Shown piece after piece: positions 19,220-30,900 of a stretch of 64,000 bases of DNA (its first letter is position 1; every line of letters begins with the position of its first letter). The stretch is from a virus. Taxonomy: Duplodnaviria; Caudoviricetes. The DNA lies in the IMG/VR virus record IMGVR_UViG_3300011008_000034, positions 96,001 through 160,000 of that record, one strand, 5' to 3'. The notes beneath the pieces are model-generated. The model saw only the letters and a list, made by a program, of their open reading frames with translations, did not search any database and was not told where the DNA came from. A program made the position numbers and the translations under genes.

Positions 19220-22200
19220 TCATACTGTTACCTCAAAATCTTTTATCACAAATTCTTCTTCTTCCTCATATAATTTTCTTCTGCATCTTGCGTGACGATG
19301 AAAAATAGGAGTCTCATCGTCAAAATCAAAAACAAAACACTTGTTTTTCCCAGGATATAAACGCATTACACGTCCAATTCTTTGATATGCTTTACATGAC
19401 GATTTGCCTCCACCTGCTAAAATCAATGTATCAAGTTTTGGTAAATCCAATCCCTCGTCTGCTATTGTGGACGAAATAATCAATGTACAATACCCGCGTT
19501 TTACTCCTTCAAAAACAACTTGTCGTCTATATATGCTATCGTCTCCAGATAAAAATTCAATATTAGCTACTGTTTCTTCTACTTCAGTTCCATTATCATT
19601 ATAGATAAATTTTGTCTCTTTTTTCCCTAAAATATTACATAATTTCTCATACAAAAATTCGCCATGACGAACATATTTAATTAAAAGCAAAATTGTACGA
19701 TTACGTTTATACATCTGATAAGCAATTTTACAAATAATCTTATTCCGATTCATGTTATCTACAATTGCTTGTTCATATAATTTAGCATAATTTTTCCCTG
19801 AAAATCTTCCTGAAATAGGAACAAAATAAATATATGGACGAATTAAATATCCTAATTGGATTAATTTTGAAGCAGTAATAGCTTTACTGGGGTCACGTTT
19901 TGTCAATAATGCATCAATTAACATTGAGTCTCCAGAATCTCGCCAAGGCGTCGCGCTTACACCAATACGATAGTATGCATTAGTACATTCTGTAGCTACT
20001 TTTAAAAATGTATCTGCAGGAACATGATGACAATTACTCACCACTGCATCATTGGTCACAAAATTATGGTTATCTGCTACAGTAATATCATATACATATT
20101 CAGTATCATCATCATGAACATATTGAAAATCATATACTTTTCCAACAATTGGTTCAATTATAGTATAATAATCTTTTGCTCTAGTAGCTTTATATAAATC
20201 GTGATATGTTTGATAAATAGTATCTCCTGATTTATAAGAAATTTTAGTAGTAATAATATCTTCACCATATAAAATCCAATCAGCTCTAATATATTCTTGA
20301 CGATTATCTACCCAAATTTTATGATTATTTGTACACGTAATAATAGTCTTTTCATGATTAGCTGTTTTTACAAAAATCTTGCACATTTTCCTATCACCAA
20401 TAGGGATTTTAGAATAATTAGTAATAGGTTTAGATTCAAAAAATTTACGAGTAGTATTATATGTAATAACATCAAAATGGTCGCCTTTTTCCATTCTTTC
20501 TACAATATTCCCAATTGTAGTATAAGTTCCATTTGCCAATAATACTGTAGCATAATATGGGCAACATTCATCAAATAAAATCATATTAGCTTGTTTAGCT
20601 ATATCAATATCTGCAGATTGGATTGACATAACAGTAATATCTTTTGGTTCATAAATTCCATCACCAATGAATCCAATTTCTCTGCCTAGGAATTTTTGAA
20701 ATTCTTGTTTTAATTGTACACAAAGAGAAATTTTATCAGCAAATACACAAACTGGAGATACTTTAAACTTAGCTATTAAAGCGGCCATAATTAAAGTATT
20801 ATGCGTTACAATAAAATCATTGCAAATAAATGTATGGTCTTCACTATCCACAGCAATACATTTCATTTCTGAAAATTTTCCCGTTTTCTCAACATTAACA
20901 ATTTTTAATAAATCATAATAATGTCCTTTTGTTTGAGGTGCTTTTGCAAAACGTTCATTATGTTTTTTAGAAGAAAACAACTTATTATCTTTTCCACATA
21001 CACGAACAGAACAATCATCGGTCGTTACATTTCTATCTTTATAAAAACGCTTGCCAATTTTTAAACTTGCACGATATCCTAAACTAAGAATTAAATAATA
21101 AACATCTTTTGCAAGTTGTACACTAGTAGTACCAAAACTTACATGACCTTTTTCATCAACGTGACCATCTGTATCAATCAACCCGCGTAATAATTCGAGA
21201 CGGTCTTCTTCTGAAGCAGTCAAATATTCTTGTGGAATAAATTTTTCACCTGATTTTGTGCCTTTGAACGTATTCCAAATATAATTAGTTAATGGATTGT
21301 TACGACCACCAACAAAATGTTTTTGAATATGAGTAGTATCTTTACGACGTTTAAAGAATCCAAATTCTTTTACAGATTCATTAAGTTTATCAAGAATATC
21401 ATCTTCAGGATTTGTGAATGTAATTACTCTACCAGTAAATCCCCCATCACCAAGCAACACTCCTAATGCATAAGGTGGAATTGGTAATTCTTTTTTAGGA
21501 AATTGTATTGGCTTACAAACTGGAATAGATAAAGTATATCCATGACCAGGAACTTTTACACGATATTTTGATACCATTTCTTCAATAGTAGCTACTCGCC
21601 ATTGTGCACTATGTTCTCTTATTCCATTTGACATAAATTTCCATAAATGGTCTTTACAACATTTTACAGTAGAACCATCACGAAAAGTTATTAACCATTC
21701 TTCTTTTTTTCCTTGAGGATATTCGCCAATTACTTTTGTTGGTTTTCCAAAACCATCAAACACAGTATCTCCTACATGAATATCTGAAAGAGGGACAAAT
21801 CCATTTGGCGTTAAAATTGGAGTATCTAATGGCATAGCCTTGCCCGCTCCAGTGGCTGCTTGAATTACCTCACGAGGATTGCATATATCTATAACTTCTT
21901 TTTGATAATCTCTTATCTTTAATGGATTTCCATTAATCTCTTTTACTAAAGAATAATCTGCATCAGAAATTGGTTTTATTCTTGTATCGATTAATTTATA
22001 AGCAATATGACATTCTTTACAATAATCAATAACATCTTGTAAAAGACCGGCATATGTCTTTTTTGTTTTACGATTAAATAAATGACGATATCTTACTTCC
22101 ATGCTTCCAAATTCTTCTACTGGAAAAGATAATTTTGCCCATAAATTATACATTTGATCTTTGGTCATATTATTAACTTTTAAATAAACATTATCTAAAA

Positions 22201-22288
22201 TTAATTCTACTGGAGCATCTTCACCTAAATCATCTAATGATAATGACTTTGTTTTAATTTTAGGGGGTGTAATATTTTGTAGCTTCAT
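19220..22288 (-). CDS. SF2 DNA helicase (UvsW-like) containing two inteins
   Basis: RDYQ, ATGAGK/T, FDE/CHH, SATPWR, EGLDLP and QRIGRVMR, after removing the two inteins. Confidence 0.9.
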   Translation of the reverse strand: MKLQNITPPKIKTKSLSLDDLGEDAPVELILDNVYLKVNNMTKDQMYNLWAKLSFPVEEFGSMEVRYRHLFNRKTKKTYAGLLQDVIDYCKECHIAYKLIDTRIKPISDADYSLVKEINGNPLKIRDYQKEVIDICNPREVIQAATGAGKAMPLDTPILTPNGFVPLSDIHVGDTVFDGFGKPTKVIGEYPQGKKEEWLITFRDGSTVKCCKDHLWKFMSNGIREHSAQWRVATIEEMVSKYRVKVPGHGYTLSIPVCKPIQFPKKELPIPPYALGVLLGDGGFTGRVITFTNPEDDILDKLNESVKEFGFFKRRKDTTHIQKHFVGGRNNPLTNYIWNTFKGTKSGEKFIPQEYLTASEEDRLELLRGLIDTDGHVDEKGHVSFGTTSVQLAKDVYYLILSLGYRASLKIGKRFYKDRNVTTDDCSVRVCGKDNKLFSSKKHNERFAKAPQTKGHYYDLLKIVNVEKTGKFSEMKCIAVDSEDHTFICNDFIVTHNTLIMAALIAKFKVSPVCVFADKISLCVQLKQEFQKFLGREIGFIGDGIYEPKDITVMSIQSADIDIAKQANMILFDECCPYYATVLLANGTYTTIGNIVERMEKGDHFDVITYNTTRKFFESKPITNYSKIPIGDRKMCKIFVKTANHEKTIITCTNNHKIWVDNRQEYIRADWILYGEDIITTKISYKSGDTIYQTYHDLYKATRAKDYYTIIEPIVGKVYDFQYVHDDDTEYVYDITVADNHNFVTNDAVVSNCHHVPADTFLKVATECTNAYYRIGVSATPWRDSGDSMLIDALLTKRDPSKAITASKLIQLGYLIRPYIYFVPISGRFSGKNYAKLYEQAIVDNMNRNKIICKIAYQMYKRNRTILLLIKYVRHGEFLYEKLCNILGKKETKFIYNDNGTEVEETVANIEFLSGDDSIYRRQVVFEGVKRGYCTLIISSTIADEGLDLPKLDTLILAGGGKSSCKAYQRIGRVMRLYPGKNKCFVFDFDDETPIFHRHARCRRKLYEEEEEFVIKDFEVTV
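20033..20566 (-). mobile_element. Mini-intein (178 aa) in the DExH motif
   Basis: FDE|CCPYYATVLLANG...TCTNNH...VYDITVADNHNF...VVSN|CHH. Confidence 0.88.
20798..21838 (-). mobile_element. Ala-start class 3 intein with LAGLIDADG endonuclease, in Walker A
   Basis: GAGK|AMPLDT...VTHN|T. WCT triplet present (DHLW, MKCI, VTHN), plus LGVLLGDG and LRGLIDTDG. Confidence 0.88.
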
Positions 22289-22560
22289 TTATCTCCCTCC
22301 AATGGAATTATTCCAGTAAAATAATCTTGTTCTGTATCTATCCAACCAATTTGTTTCAATGTAGATTTATCTATAGAATTACAAAGAGTGGGGATATTAG
22401 GTAATCCCCAGTCTGTTGTACGATAAGAACATAAACAAGAAATAACTTTTATAGGTCCATCGCTTTTAAATGCATATGTTGTTTCTGGATATTCAAAATA
22501 AAATCCTTCTACTTCTCTTTTCGTTTCTTTGTCTATGGCTTTATAATATGGAATTCTCAT
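22285..22560 (-). CDS. YopX-like phage protein
   Basis: YKAID.ET...VEGFY...IDKSTLKQ.G pattern. Confidence 0.5.
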   Translation of the reverse strand: MRIPYYKAIDKETKREVEGFYFEYPETTYAFKSDGPIKVISCLCSYRTTDWGLPNIPTLCNSIDKSTLKQIGWIDTEQDYFTGIIPLEGDK

Positions 22561-22832
22561 TATTCCTCCATAGCTTTTTTAGCTTCATCAAATAATTTAT
22601 TAAAATGGTCTTGTAAACGTTCTAATTCAAATTCATCTTGAATAGTTAAACGAAAACCATTTTTAGTAGGGCCAGAATAAGATTCAGTATTTTTAAATTG
22701 ACGAACATTTAAATAATAACATTGTTTTTGAACATCATGCTGAAAAGTAAATTGAAAATACATAGATGGATTCTGTTCCATTTGAAAATCTACTAATTTA
22801 TTATCATTAAAACCAAACTGTTGAATCTTCAT
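22560..22832 (-). CDS. PC4-like ssDNA-binding protein
   Basis: YLNVRQF.......PTKNGFRL resembles the PC4/YdbC signature. Confidence 0.55.
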   Translation of the reverse strand: MKIQQFGFNDNKLVDFQMEQNPSMYFQFTFQHDVQKQCYYLNVRQFKNTESYSGPTKNGFRLTIQDEFELERLQDHFNKLFDEAKKAMEE

Positions 22833-23170
22833 TATGCATTCTCCTTTTCTAAATCTTCAATGCGAATTATTTTACCTCTATATGTAGAAATATCATCAGC
22901 TTTCACAATATCTAATAATAAATCTTCTAAAACTTTTTCAGGATTATTTACTCTTACTCGATAAACATCTTTTCCTACAATCATAGACAATTCATTTAAT
23001 GTACCTGTACTACTAGTACAAAAAGCATCAATTGAATGTACTGGTAATGAACATAATGACTTTAAGTCCATATCTTTAAAAGTTAAAAAAATCATATTTG
23101 CACCTTCTTTAGAATAAATGTTCTTCAGCATATCCATCGTCTGTAGTATAAAAAATAGTACGAATCCCAA
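22832..23170 (-). CDS. Hypothetical protein
   Basis: Real start is probably the internal MIFLTF after GAAGG. Confidence 0.55.
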   Translation of the reverse strand: MGFVLFFILQTMDMLKNIYSKEGANMIFLTFKDMDLKSLCSLPVHSIDAFCTSSTGTLNELSMIVGKDVYRVRVNNPEKVLEDLLLDIVKADDISTYRGKIIRIEDLEKENA

Positions 23171-23528
23171 AATCTTTTATAGCTTGCATGCATGATGGAC
23201 ATGGTCTTGCCATACCAAATTCTTTTGTTTTTCTTATTCGATAAACATATAAACACATTTTTCTAGGGTCTAAAGTTTTATCTTTTATATGCAATAATGC
23301 AGCTATTTCTGCATGACATTTCGCATCATAATCATCTGGTGAGTCTATTCGATATTTGTTGTATTCTTTTTGCATAGGATGTGTTTTATCTGAATTAACG
23401 CCGGTAGCAATGACCATTCCTTTATATGTAATCACACAACCTATATGAAATTTAAAATATTTTGATTGCTGAGCTACTTGTTTTGCCATTTCAAATGCTA
23501 ATTCCGCGCGTTTATTCAAAAAAATCAC
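23109..23528 (-). CDS. Cytidine/dCMP deaminase-family protein
   Basis: HAE...PCPSC zinc deaminase motif. Confidence 0.85.
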   Translation of the reverse strand: MIFLNKRAELAFEMAKQVAQQSKYFKFHIGCVITYKGMVIATGVNSDKTHPMQKEYNKYRIDSPDDYDAKCHAEIAALLHIKDKTLDPRKMCLYVYRIRKTKEFGMARPCPSCMQAIKDFGIRTIFYTTDDGYAEEHLF

Positions 23529-23717
23529 CTACCCTTGCAAAATAATTGAATCATTTTTTATAATAACACAACTTACTGGTTTTGCTTTTAATTCTAAATT
23601 TTCCATTGTACGATAATCTGCAATCAATACAACATCATCATCGTCAGCATTTTTTAACATATTTTTTAATATTTTTACTGTCAAATCACAGCGATTAGAT
23701 GGATTCATTTTAATCAT
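23529..23717 (-). CDS. Hypothetical protein
   Basis: ORF with AGGAGG RBS. Confidence 0.55.
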   Translation of the reverse strand: MIKMNPSNRCDLTVKILKNMLKNADDDDVVLIADYRTMENLELKAKPVSCVIIKNDSIILQG

Positions 23718-23718
23718 C

Positions 23719-23922
23719 TTATTCCTCCTTTACAAAATGATAAAAACATGTATGAGAGCCATAATCCCATATAATAGGATTCTCTCCATAGCTACGAATA
23801 TAAGGTGGAGTAAAATGATTTTGTTTCCACCACGCTAATACAGAATCTTGGGCTTCTTTTAAAGAATTGAATTTCCCATGACATTTAATTTGTCCTAAAC
23901 CATGCCACTGAACTTCGTACAT
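23719..23922 (-). CDS. Hypothetical phage protein
   Basis: YIR.......DYGSHT.F motif; has an RBS. Confidence 0.65.
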   Translation of the reverse strand: MYEVQWHGLGQIKCHGKFNSLKEAQDSVLAWWKQNHFTPPYIRSYGENPIIWDYGSHTCFYHFVKEE

Positions 23923-23999
23923 TATCTCACCTTCTTAATTTTATTTTAAAAGAAAAAAGCAAAAATGCATTTACATCTAACTGTAAATGCACTATGCTA

Positions 24000-24182
24000 T
24001 TAATCTTCATCAGCGTATTCTAATGATGATGCTTTGATATTCGTATAACTAACTTTTCCATTATCAATAAAATAAGTATTATCAGAAAATGTTTGAGTAA
24101 TTGTATATATGCTATCATCGAAAGGATTTTTAGTAAATCTTACTTTATCAAATAAGTAAAAACGTTTTGCTAATCTTTTCAT
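24000..24182 (-). CDS. Small hypothetical protein
   Basis: Overlaps the stop of the tail gene; has a GGAG RBS. Confidence 0.55.
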   Translation of the reverse strand: MKRLAKRFYLFDKVRFTKNPFDDSIYTITQTFSDNTYFIDNGKVSYTNIKASSLEYADED

Positions 24183-27100
24183 TTTTCAATCAATCTCCCT
24201 TTTACATAGAACAAATCTCCATATACAGGATTTAGATGATTAATTACCGTGGTATTATAATTAATATTACTTACTACTAACAGCATAACTTCTCCACGTT
24301 CATTAATGACTAGACAATATCCACAAACATATTTTTTAATAGGATTTACACAATCATTAAAATATAAATTAAAATCTATATTAGCAAAAGTAATTTTTCC
24401 GTCTTGGAAATAACTTGAATCTTTGGATATTTTATATGTATTAACCAAATTACAATATCCTTCATTAATTCCCTTTAACATAAAATCATTCATGAATACT
24501 AATTTTTTATTAACATTTTCATTATTTAATGCATAAGACATATCATTAAAAATATCTTTTAAAATAATATCTTGATTATCTATTTGATATCCATTATACA
24601 TTCCACCAGGAAGTTCATTTACTAAATTTAAAATAATATTTTCATTATTTGGTTTTCCAGTAGATAATGTTGTAATAAAATATGTCCAAGGGGTTACACG
24701 TGTAACTTCTTTTGTTTTAGTAGTCATAACACCTTGATAAGGAATATGATTATACCAAATTGATAATAGCTCATCACTTGACATTTGATACGATATCATA
24801 ATAGGAATTTGAATCGACACACCATTTCTTGGTTTTGATGATTCATCAAATATAATAGTAATAAATGGTGTTCCAAAAGAATCTTCAGTTATATGAACAG
24901 GAATAGTATTCCAAATTCGTTTATTTGTAGCTTGTCCATATTCATCATAAAAAATTTCACCATCATGATATCCTAAAATCTCAGTATCATACTGTCCTGT
25001 AATATTTCCATTTTCATCTAAAATATTATTATTAAACGTATAAACAGACTTTAAAATTCCTCCGCGGATTTCTCCATCATGAATAATATCCATACATGGT
25101 AAAGTATAAACGTTATCTACACCATTAGCTGTAAATTCTAATAATTTACATTTATGCATATTTGTAAAAATGGTTTTAGAATTTAAGTCATAATCAAAAC
25201 TATATCCCGAACAACCTAATTCCAACGTCAATGTATCGCCAATATTTAAGGGATATTCTAATTTAATTGTATAATTTAAATCTTCTTCGCCAATTATTGT
25301 TGATGGTGTTTTAGTAATTGAAGTAATTCTATTTGTATGAGTTCCTACTATAGAAATAATTTTATAGCCATACATTTCCATAGGAATATCATATTGATTC
25401 GTACCATTACCAGAAATATTATAATAAATCAAACGGGCATAACATTGTGATTTAGTACGAGTACTATTAGCAAAATCATATGCTTCATCTTCATTGCCAA
25501 ATACTTTTCTTGGTTTTAGATATGGTACTTTCCTTGGATATTCTGAATCTTTTTTATGGAAAGATACTTCTTCAATAATATCTAATGGATAATCATAATT
25601 AGAATCAGGCATATCTAAATCATACTTTACTATGCCTGCAGCTAATATTTCTGTAGGCATATCCAATCCACCACAACCTGCTGGGAAGCAAACTTTACAA
25701 TGTATGACTACTTTTTCTAATGACTGGTCATAAGGTTTAAACTGAACAATATTAGTTCCTAATCCTTCACATTTACCATAAATAGAATCCGTGAGATTGT
25801 TTCCTGACATATCATAAATAGCATTTATTTCGGATATATACCGGTCTGAATTTAATGAAATTGTAAATGTTTTTAAACTAACATCTTTATCATATTCTCG
25901 ATAAAAAACTGTATCTTCTTGTTCAAATTCATTATCACTCAAGTTATTGATTATTGAATCAAAGCTTGGAGCTAATAATGTATCTGATTCAAGAAAATCA
26001 TGAGGAAGCATTGGCCAGAAATTATTGACCATATAACTATATCCAGTTCCGGAACCCATTACAACTTCAAAACAACGATTATACATCAAAACTTCTTCAA
26101 TAACAAATCCAGGATTAGTAGTATTTCTTAAATCTCCAATCTTAAATCTATATGGAGTCAAATAAGACACAGAACAATTACTTTGAGCAATTAGACTTCC
26201 ATTTAAATAAACATAAATCTGTCCAATTACCGGGGAAGGATTTTCATTATAAGACAACCTGACATGATAATATCTTCCTGAAATCATTAATGTTTCAGAT
26301 AAATTAGCTATCGCTTTATTTTCAATATAATTATCATTAGATACTTCATAATTATACTGAGCGAAGATTAATAAATTCTTTTCTTTACGTAATTGTATAA
26401 TGGGAGAATTACTTTCATTTACAATGGATAATATGATTTGAGATGTTTCATCGCATCCATTCCAATTCGGTTTAATAAAGAAATCTATAGTCCCTCTATC
26501 TTTTTCTACTAAATCATTAATGGTATAAGATAATTCTGTATTATTATCAATAACAGCACCAAGATGATTTAATGAAGATTCATAATAAATTGATTTTTCA
26601 TAAATTCTTGGAGCCAATGGATCGTTTGTGGGATATTCTTGAATAATACTTCCGTTAAATGGGATATGAAAAATTGTTGAAGATACATTTGTGTAATCAA
26701 ATGGTTTATTTCCAATCTGAACACGACGCATTTTTTTGGTCTGACTTGTTTCTAGGTTATTATTAAAAATATCTCGTATGGTATCATCTGCTATAGCGTT
26801 ATATCTTATACTGGAAAATGTAATAGTTTTTCTTAAATCAATAATATCAGATTTTGATATAGAATCATATGCCTTCATATCCGGTCTCATATTATTTTTT
26901 AAGTCTCCTTTTAAAGAGGAATCATTAGAGACCAGCATAGCATTATATGATGGAGCACCATTATAATTATTGAAACTATATTTAGTAGTATTCCGTCTTC
27001 TTACTCTAAACATAGGAATAGCAAAGACATATCTTCCTTTTAAAGTAGATGACTGGATATCATAATTAGGACGGCCAGCTACATAAAGATTTTTATCTCC

Positions 27101-27808
27101 ATAAAATGGTTCATCTATAAACAAATCATTTTCAGCAGAACAATAACAAAGATTGACGTTAGGAGATGTAGTAAACTGTCCATTACATTTTGGGAATACT
27201 GCAGAATAATGAAGCATATCACTATATCCAAACCCTTCTGGATATGTATCAAAATCACATTCTTGTTTAGTTTGAATATTCCAGTACGTTACTACCCTTC
27301 TAGAAGTCTCCTCATTCACTCTAGAGTCCATCGCCAGCGTTCCTAAGGAATTACCATTGGCATACCCGTATGCCTTAATCTCGCTATCGCCAGTGACAAA
27401 TTCCTGCCAGACTTCTAAATATACTAATTCATCTAACGTGGATTTTGTCTGAGATACCCCTAAATCTATAAGAATATAATTTGGAATATTATTATATGAA
27501 AAATTCCCTTGACAGTTTAATGTTATTCCATTTACTATGCATTTAAAAGGAGCTATGGCTAATCTATTCTTTAAAATCAATCCATTAGAAGAAGGATTCA
27601 AAATCATACTATCACCAGTAAATTCTGATGATACTAATTCAGTAAATCCACTATATACACTTTTTCTGATTATATCTTTTCTTGCCTCTTCTTGGATTTC
27701 CTGCATTTCATTTTGCTCTACGTCAAGTAAAGGACGATCAAAACCGAATTTTATTTCAGAAAATCCAGAACGAGGGTCATAATTTGAGTGTTTTTCAAAA
27801 TAATTCAA
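24179..27808 (-). CDS. Large tail fibre/baseplate protein with LamG-like domain
   Basis: N-terminal YDP..GF..I.FG.DRPL...EQNEMQ and central GTIDFFIKPNW...YYHVRLSY...YLNG LamG-like region; paralogous to 41653-43629. Confidence 0.7.
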   Translation of the reverse strand: MNYFEKHSNYDPRSGFSEIKFGFDRPLLDVEQNEMQEIQEEARKDIIRKSVYSGFTELVSSEFTGDSMILNPSSNGLILKNRLAIAPFKCIVNGITLNCQGNFSYNNIPNYILIDLGVSQTKSTLDELVYLEVWQEFVTGDSEIKAYGYANGNSLGTLAMDSRVNEETSRRVVTYWNIQTKQECDFDTYPEGFGYSDMLHYSAVFPKCNGQFTTSPNVNLCYCSAENDLFIDEPFYGDKNLYVAGRPNYDIQSSTLKGRYVFAIPMFRVRRRNTTKYSFNNYNGAPSYNAMLVSNDSSLKGDLKNNMRPDMKAYDSISKSDIIDLRKTITFSSIRYNAIADDTIRDIFNNNLETSQTKKMRRVQIGNKPFDYTNVSSTIFHIPFNGSIIQEYPTNDPLAPRIYEKSIYYESSLNHLGAVIDNNTELSYTINDLVEKDRGTIDFFIKPNWNGCDETSQIILSIVNESNSPIIQLRKEKNLLIFAQYNYEVSNDNYIENKAIANLSETLMISGRYYHVRLSYNENPSPVIGQIYVYLNGSLIAQSNCSVSYLTPYRFKIGDLRNTTNPGFVIEEVLMYNRCFEVVMGSGTGYSYMVNNFWPMLPHDFLESDTLLAPSFDSIINNLSDNEFEQEDTVFYREYDKDVSLKTFTISLNSDRYISEINAIYDMSGNNLTDSIYGKCEGLGTNIVQFKPYDQSLEKVVIHCKVCFPAGCGGLDMPTEILAAGIVKYDLDMPDSNYDYPLDIIEEVSFHKKDSEYPRKVPYLKPRKVFGNEDEAYDFANSTRTKSQCYARLIYYNISGNGTNQYDIPMEMYGYKIISIVGTHTNRITSITKTPSTIIGEEDLNYTIKLEYPLNIGDTLTLELGCSGYSFDYDLNSKTIFTNMHKCKLLEFTANGVDNVYTLPCMDIIHDGEIRGGILKSVYTFNNNILDENGNITGQYDTEILGYHDGEIFYDEYGQATNKRIWNTIPVHITEDSFGTPFITIIFDESSKPRNGVSIQIPIMISYQMSSDELLSIWYNHIPYQGVMTTKTKEVTRVTPWTYFITTLSTGKPNNENIILNLVNELPGGMYNGYQIDNQDIILKDIFNDMSYALNNENVNKKLVFMNDFMLKGINEGYCNLVNTYKISKDSSYFQDGKITFANIDFNLYFNDCVNPIKKYVCGYCLVINERGEVMLLVVSNINYNTTVINHLNPVYGDLFYVKGRLIEK

Positions 27809-27880
27809 ACATATTCACCTGCCTCTTTTAAATAAAATAGTAAATATCATAATGAGGTAAAACACCACTATAAATGAAAT

Positions 27881-27913
27881 GTGGAGAAGACAACTGGTGA
27901 ATGTCTTCTCCAC
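27881..27913 (-). terminator. Hairpin downstream of the primase-like gene
   Basis: GTGGAGAAGACA-9 nt-TGTCTTCTCCAC. Confidence 0.6.
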
Positions 27914-27976
27914 GAAGGTTAATTTGTGTATAATAGAATTAATATTAATATACCTCTTTGAAGACATTTTATTTCT

Positions 27977-30900
27977 TTAGTTTTTAAATTTTCCTAATTC
28001 ACTTGTTATTAATCCTTTTGCAGCTGCTCTTTCATATGATAAAAATTGACTAAAACTTACATCAAATTTATTTGCATCATAATATTTACTGCATACGTCA
28101 TATAATCCACTTTTAGTTTTATACAATTTTGTAATTAACCTTACATCTACATTATCATTTTCAAATCCGGAAATAAATTTACTAATTAATTTCCGAGCTT
28201 CAGGCGTATACAAATATGTTAAACGATATGTTTCAAAATCTCTATATCCACAATCGTTAATACAATAATCAGTCCTAGTATTAAAGAAACGTTTATTCAA
28301 TAAAGCCATTTTTGTTTCTAATAAATTGAATTTTATTGCTTCATAATAGCTTTTTAATTCTGTTTTTGAAAAATACGATTTTTTCTTAATGAATGTACCA
28401 TTAGCGCTTGTATAATGATCAAGCATATGTCTATTAAATTCCGAATAAATATTATTGAAAATAACATCAAATTTCACCGATAATTCAACAATTTTTTTTC
28501 TTAATTCTTCAATTCCTGTTTCTGTTTTTCTTAATTCATTGAATATATTATTTGATAATTCTTCATCAACTATATAAACCATAACACTAGACAACATTTT
28601 CATAAATGCCTTTTTCGGATTACTTATTTTTTGATGAGTAAAATAATCACTAATATCGCAAGCCAATAATGTTTCTTTATCAGCTACAATCCCATCAGTC
28701 TTTGTAACTTTAATTATAGCATGACTATTGTATATATCCTTATAGAACATCTTTAATTGTTTATCGGTATATCTTGTAGTAAAAATATTTTCAACATAAT
28801 CATATCTGCATAATTTTGAAATATTCTCAACTTTTTTCATAATCTCATCTGTATTAAACGTTGATTTTAAATTAATGCATGTATATCCCTTTACAAATTT
28901 ATTATAATTCATTTGAGGAATACCAAATTCCTTACTATCAATGTAATAAAGATTAAATAAATTTAAATATTGATAAATCATCATATATTGATATCCCAAT
29001 TTTTCTTGACAACCAAATATAATTTCATTTACTGTATCAATCAAATTTGCATTTATGACAAAATATCCATTTCGGACAATATTTTGATAATTACTATGGA
29101 AATTCAAAAATATTGTAATGGCTAATACGCGAATTGCTTGAGCACAATATTCAAATACATTTTTATTTTTCCGATTTTTTTCCTCAAATTTTTCTACCAA
29201 TTTATATAGAGATAAAATATAATTATCAACTTCTTTATTTCTAAGACCATAATAGAAAATCTTATCGCATTTATCATTACGAAAAGCTTTATTAAAGAAT
29301 GCAACACATTTTGATTCAGAAATTCCACGTTCGTTAAACGTCTCAAAAACATTTCCTACGGTTTTATTTTCGCCCTTTATTCTAAGTGGATCACTAGAAA
29401 AATTGTGTCTACCATTAGGAAATTTTTTCTCCGTTTCACTCACTTTTTCAAATGGAATAAATCCTTTAAAATGAGCTAGATTAATACATTTTCCTTTTAA
29501 TGGATTATCTCCATGACGTTCATAATCTGATAATTCGGCTAATTCATTTAATGATTTTTTTAAAGAAAATCCACGATCTTTAGCATAAAACAATTTTAAG
29601 ATATAATCCTTCCCACCTTCATAATCATTTTTTACAATATAATCACATAACTTATTTTGTGATTCAACGTAAGGAGCATTTTTATGATGATGGAATTCTT
29701 TTCTAAATGACTTAAATGCTTGATAATCTTCAGGTTTATCAGAATAGAAACACCATGAATTTTTTAAAGAATACGTATCTTCATGTTTTGTCAAAATGGT
29801 CTGAAGTTTCTCCATAAGTTCTCCAGGAGAATGAAGACATGCTAAATTTTTAGGATCTTTTAAATCCTTTATATATCTCAAAACAGATACAGGAAAATCT
29901 TTATTGTCATGTTTCATATGAACGCTATACGGAAATCTAAAAATACGCACAGGTGTAAAAGTGGCATTCATATCTATAGGAATTTCATATCCCAATGCAA
30001 TGCCTAAAAAGTAAAATAACTCTTCTAAATGTTCATAAGACAAATAACCACAATCTTCTTTTAAAATATTATGATGATATTCATAATCTGCTTTGTTTAA
30101 ATAATACGTTTTATCCAATGACAAAACAATCTGAAAACCATTACATGATTCAATCTTAGCTGTTAAATTCAAACCATATTTCATCATAACATGTTCAATT
30201 TCAAGATTCATCTGTTTTTTCAATTCATCTTTCTTTTCTTTGGAGGAAAAGTGAATCTTTTGTTCTACATTCTCAAATAAATCAATATCGAACATCAATG
30301 TACGAATAAATTTCATTGAATTCTTATCACGATAAATTTTTAAATCTGTTAAAATAAATTTTGAAAAATCTTCACTCTTATGTTTTTTTCTTAACTGATG
30401 AAAATACTTCTTTTTCTCATCATCAGTCATTGTGTTTATATGATTAATTAAATCAAGTTTCGCGTTAGTGTCATTAACATAAAATTTATATGTATTATTT
30501 TTATGAACATCGTGAACTGCTTGAGCTGTATAAATATTACAAATCTGAAAAGCTCCCTCAATATCGCCATTTTGCATTCTTTCATAAGATTGTTTTGCCT
30601 TGTCAAGATATTGGTCTATATTATAATAGTACACATCTTTAAAAGACTGATATGCAAGAACATATTTTTCACCCTTGAATTTACGATATTCTTTCATCGA
30701 AACTTTTTTCTTTTCATGATCGTTTATTTTAATATAGAATTCAGCATTAATAATCCCTTGAGAAAGACAAAGACCATTTTTGAATGTATCTCCATATACA
30801 GCATATGCATAATCCTCTAATTGCTTTTTAACTTTCCCGTTTTCAATATCATCAAGAGAATTCTGAATACTTTTTTGCGAATTTCTAAGACCATTATCAC

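Noticed and set aside
1475-24182. Shared basic N-terminal motif (KKLIKNAS, KKRLIRKS, MKRLAKR) as a capsid-targeting signal
   Set aside because: Only three short, loose matches in a Lys-rich proteome; this cannot be supported from this window alone.
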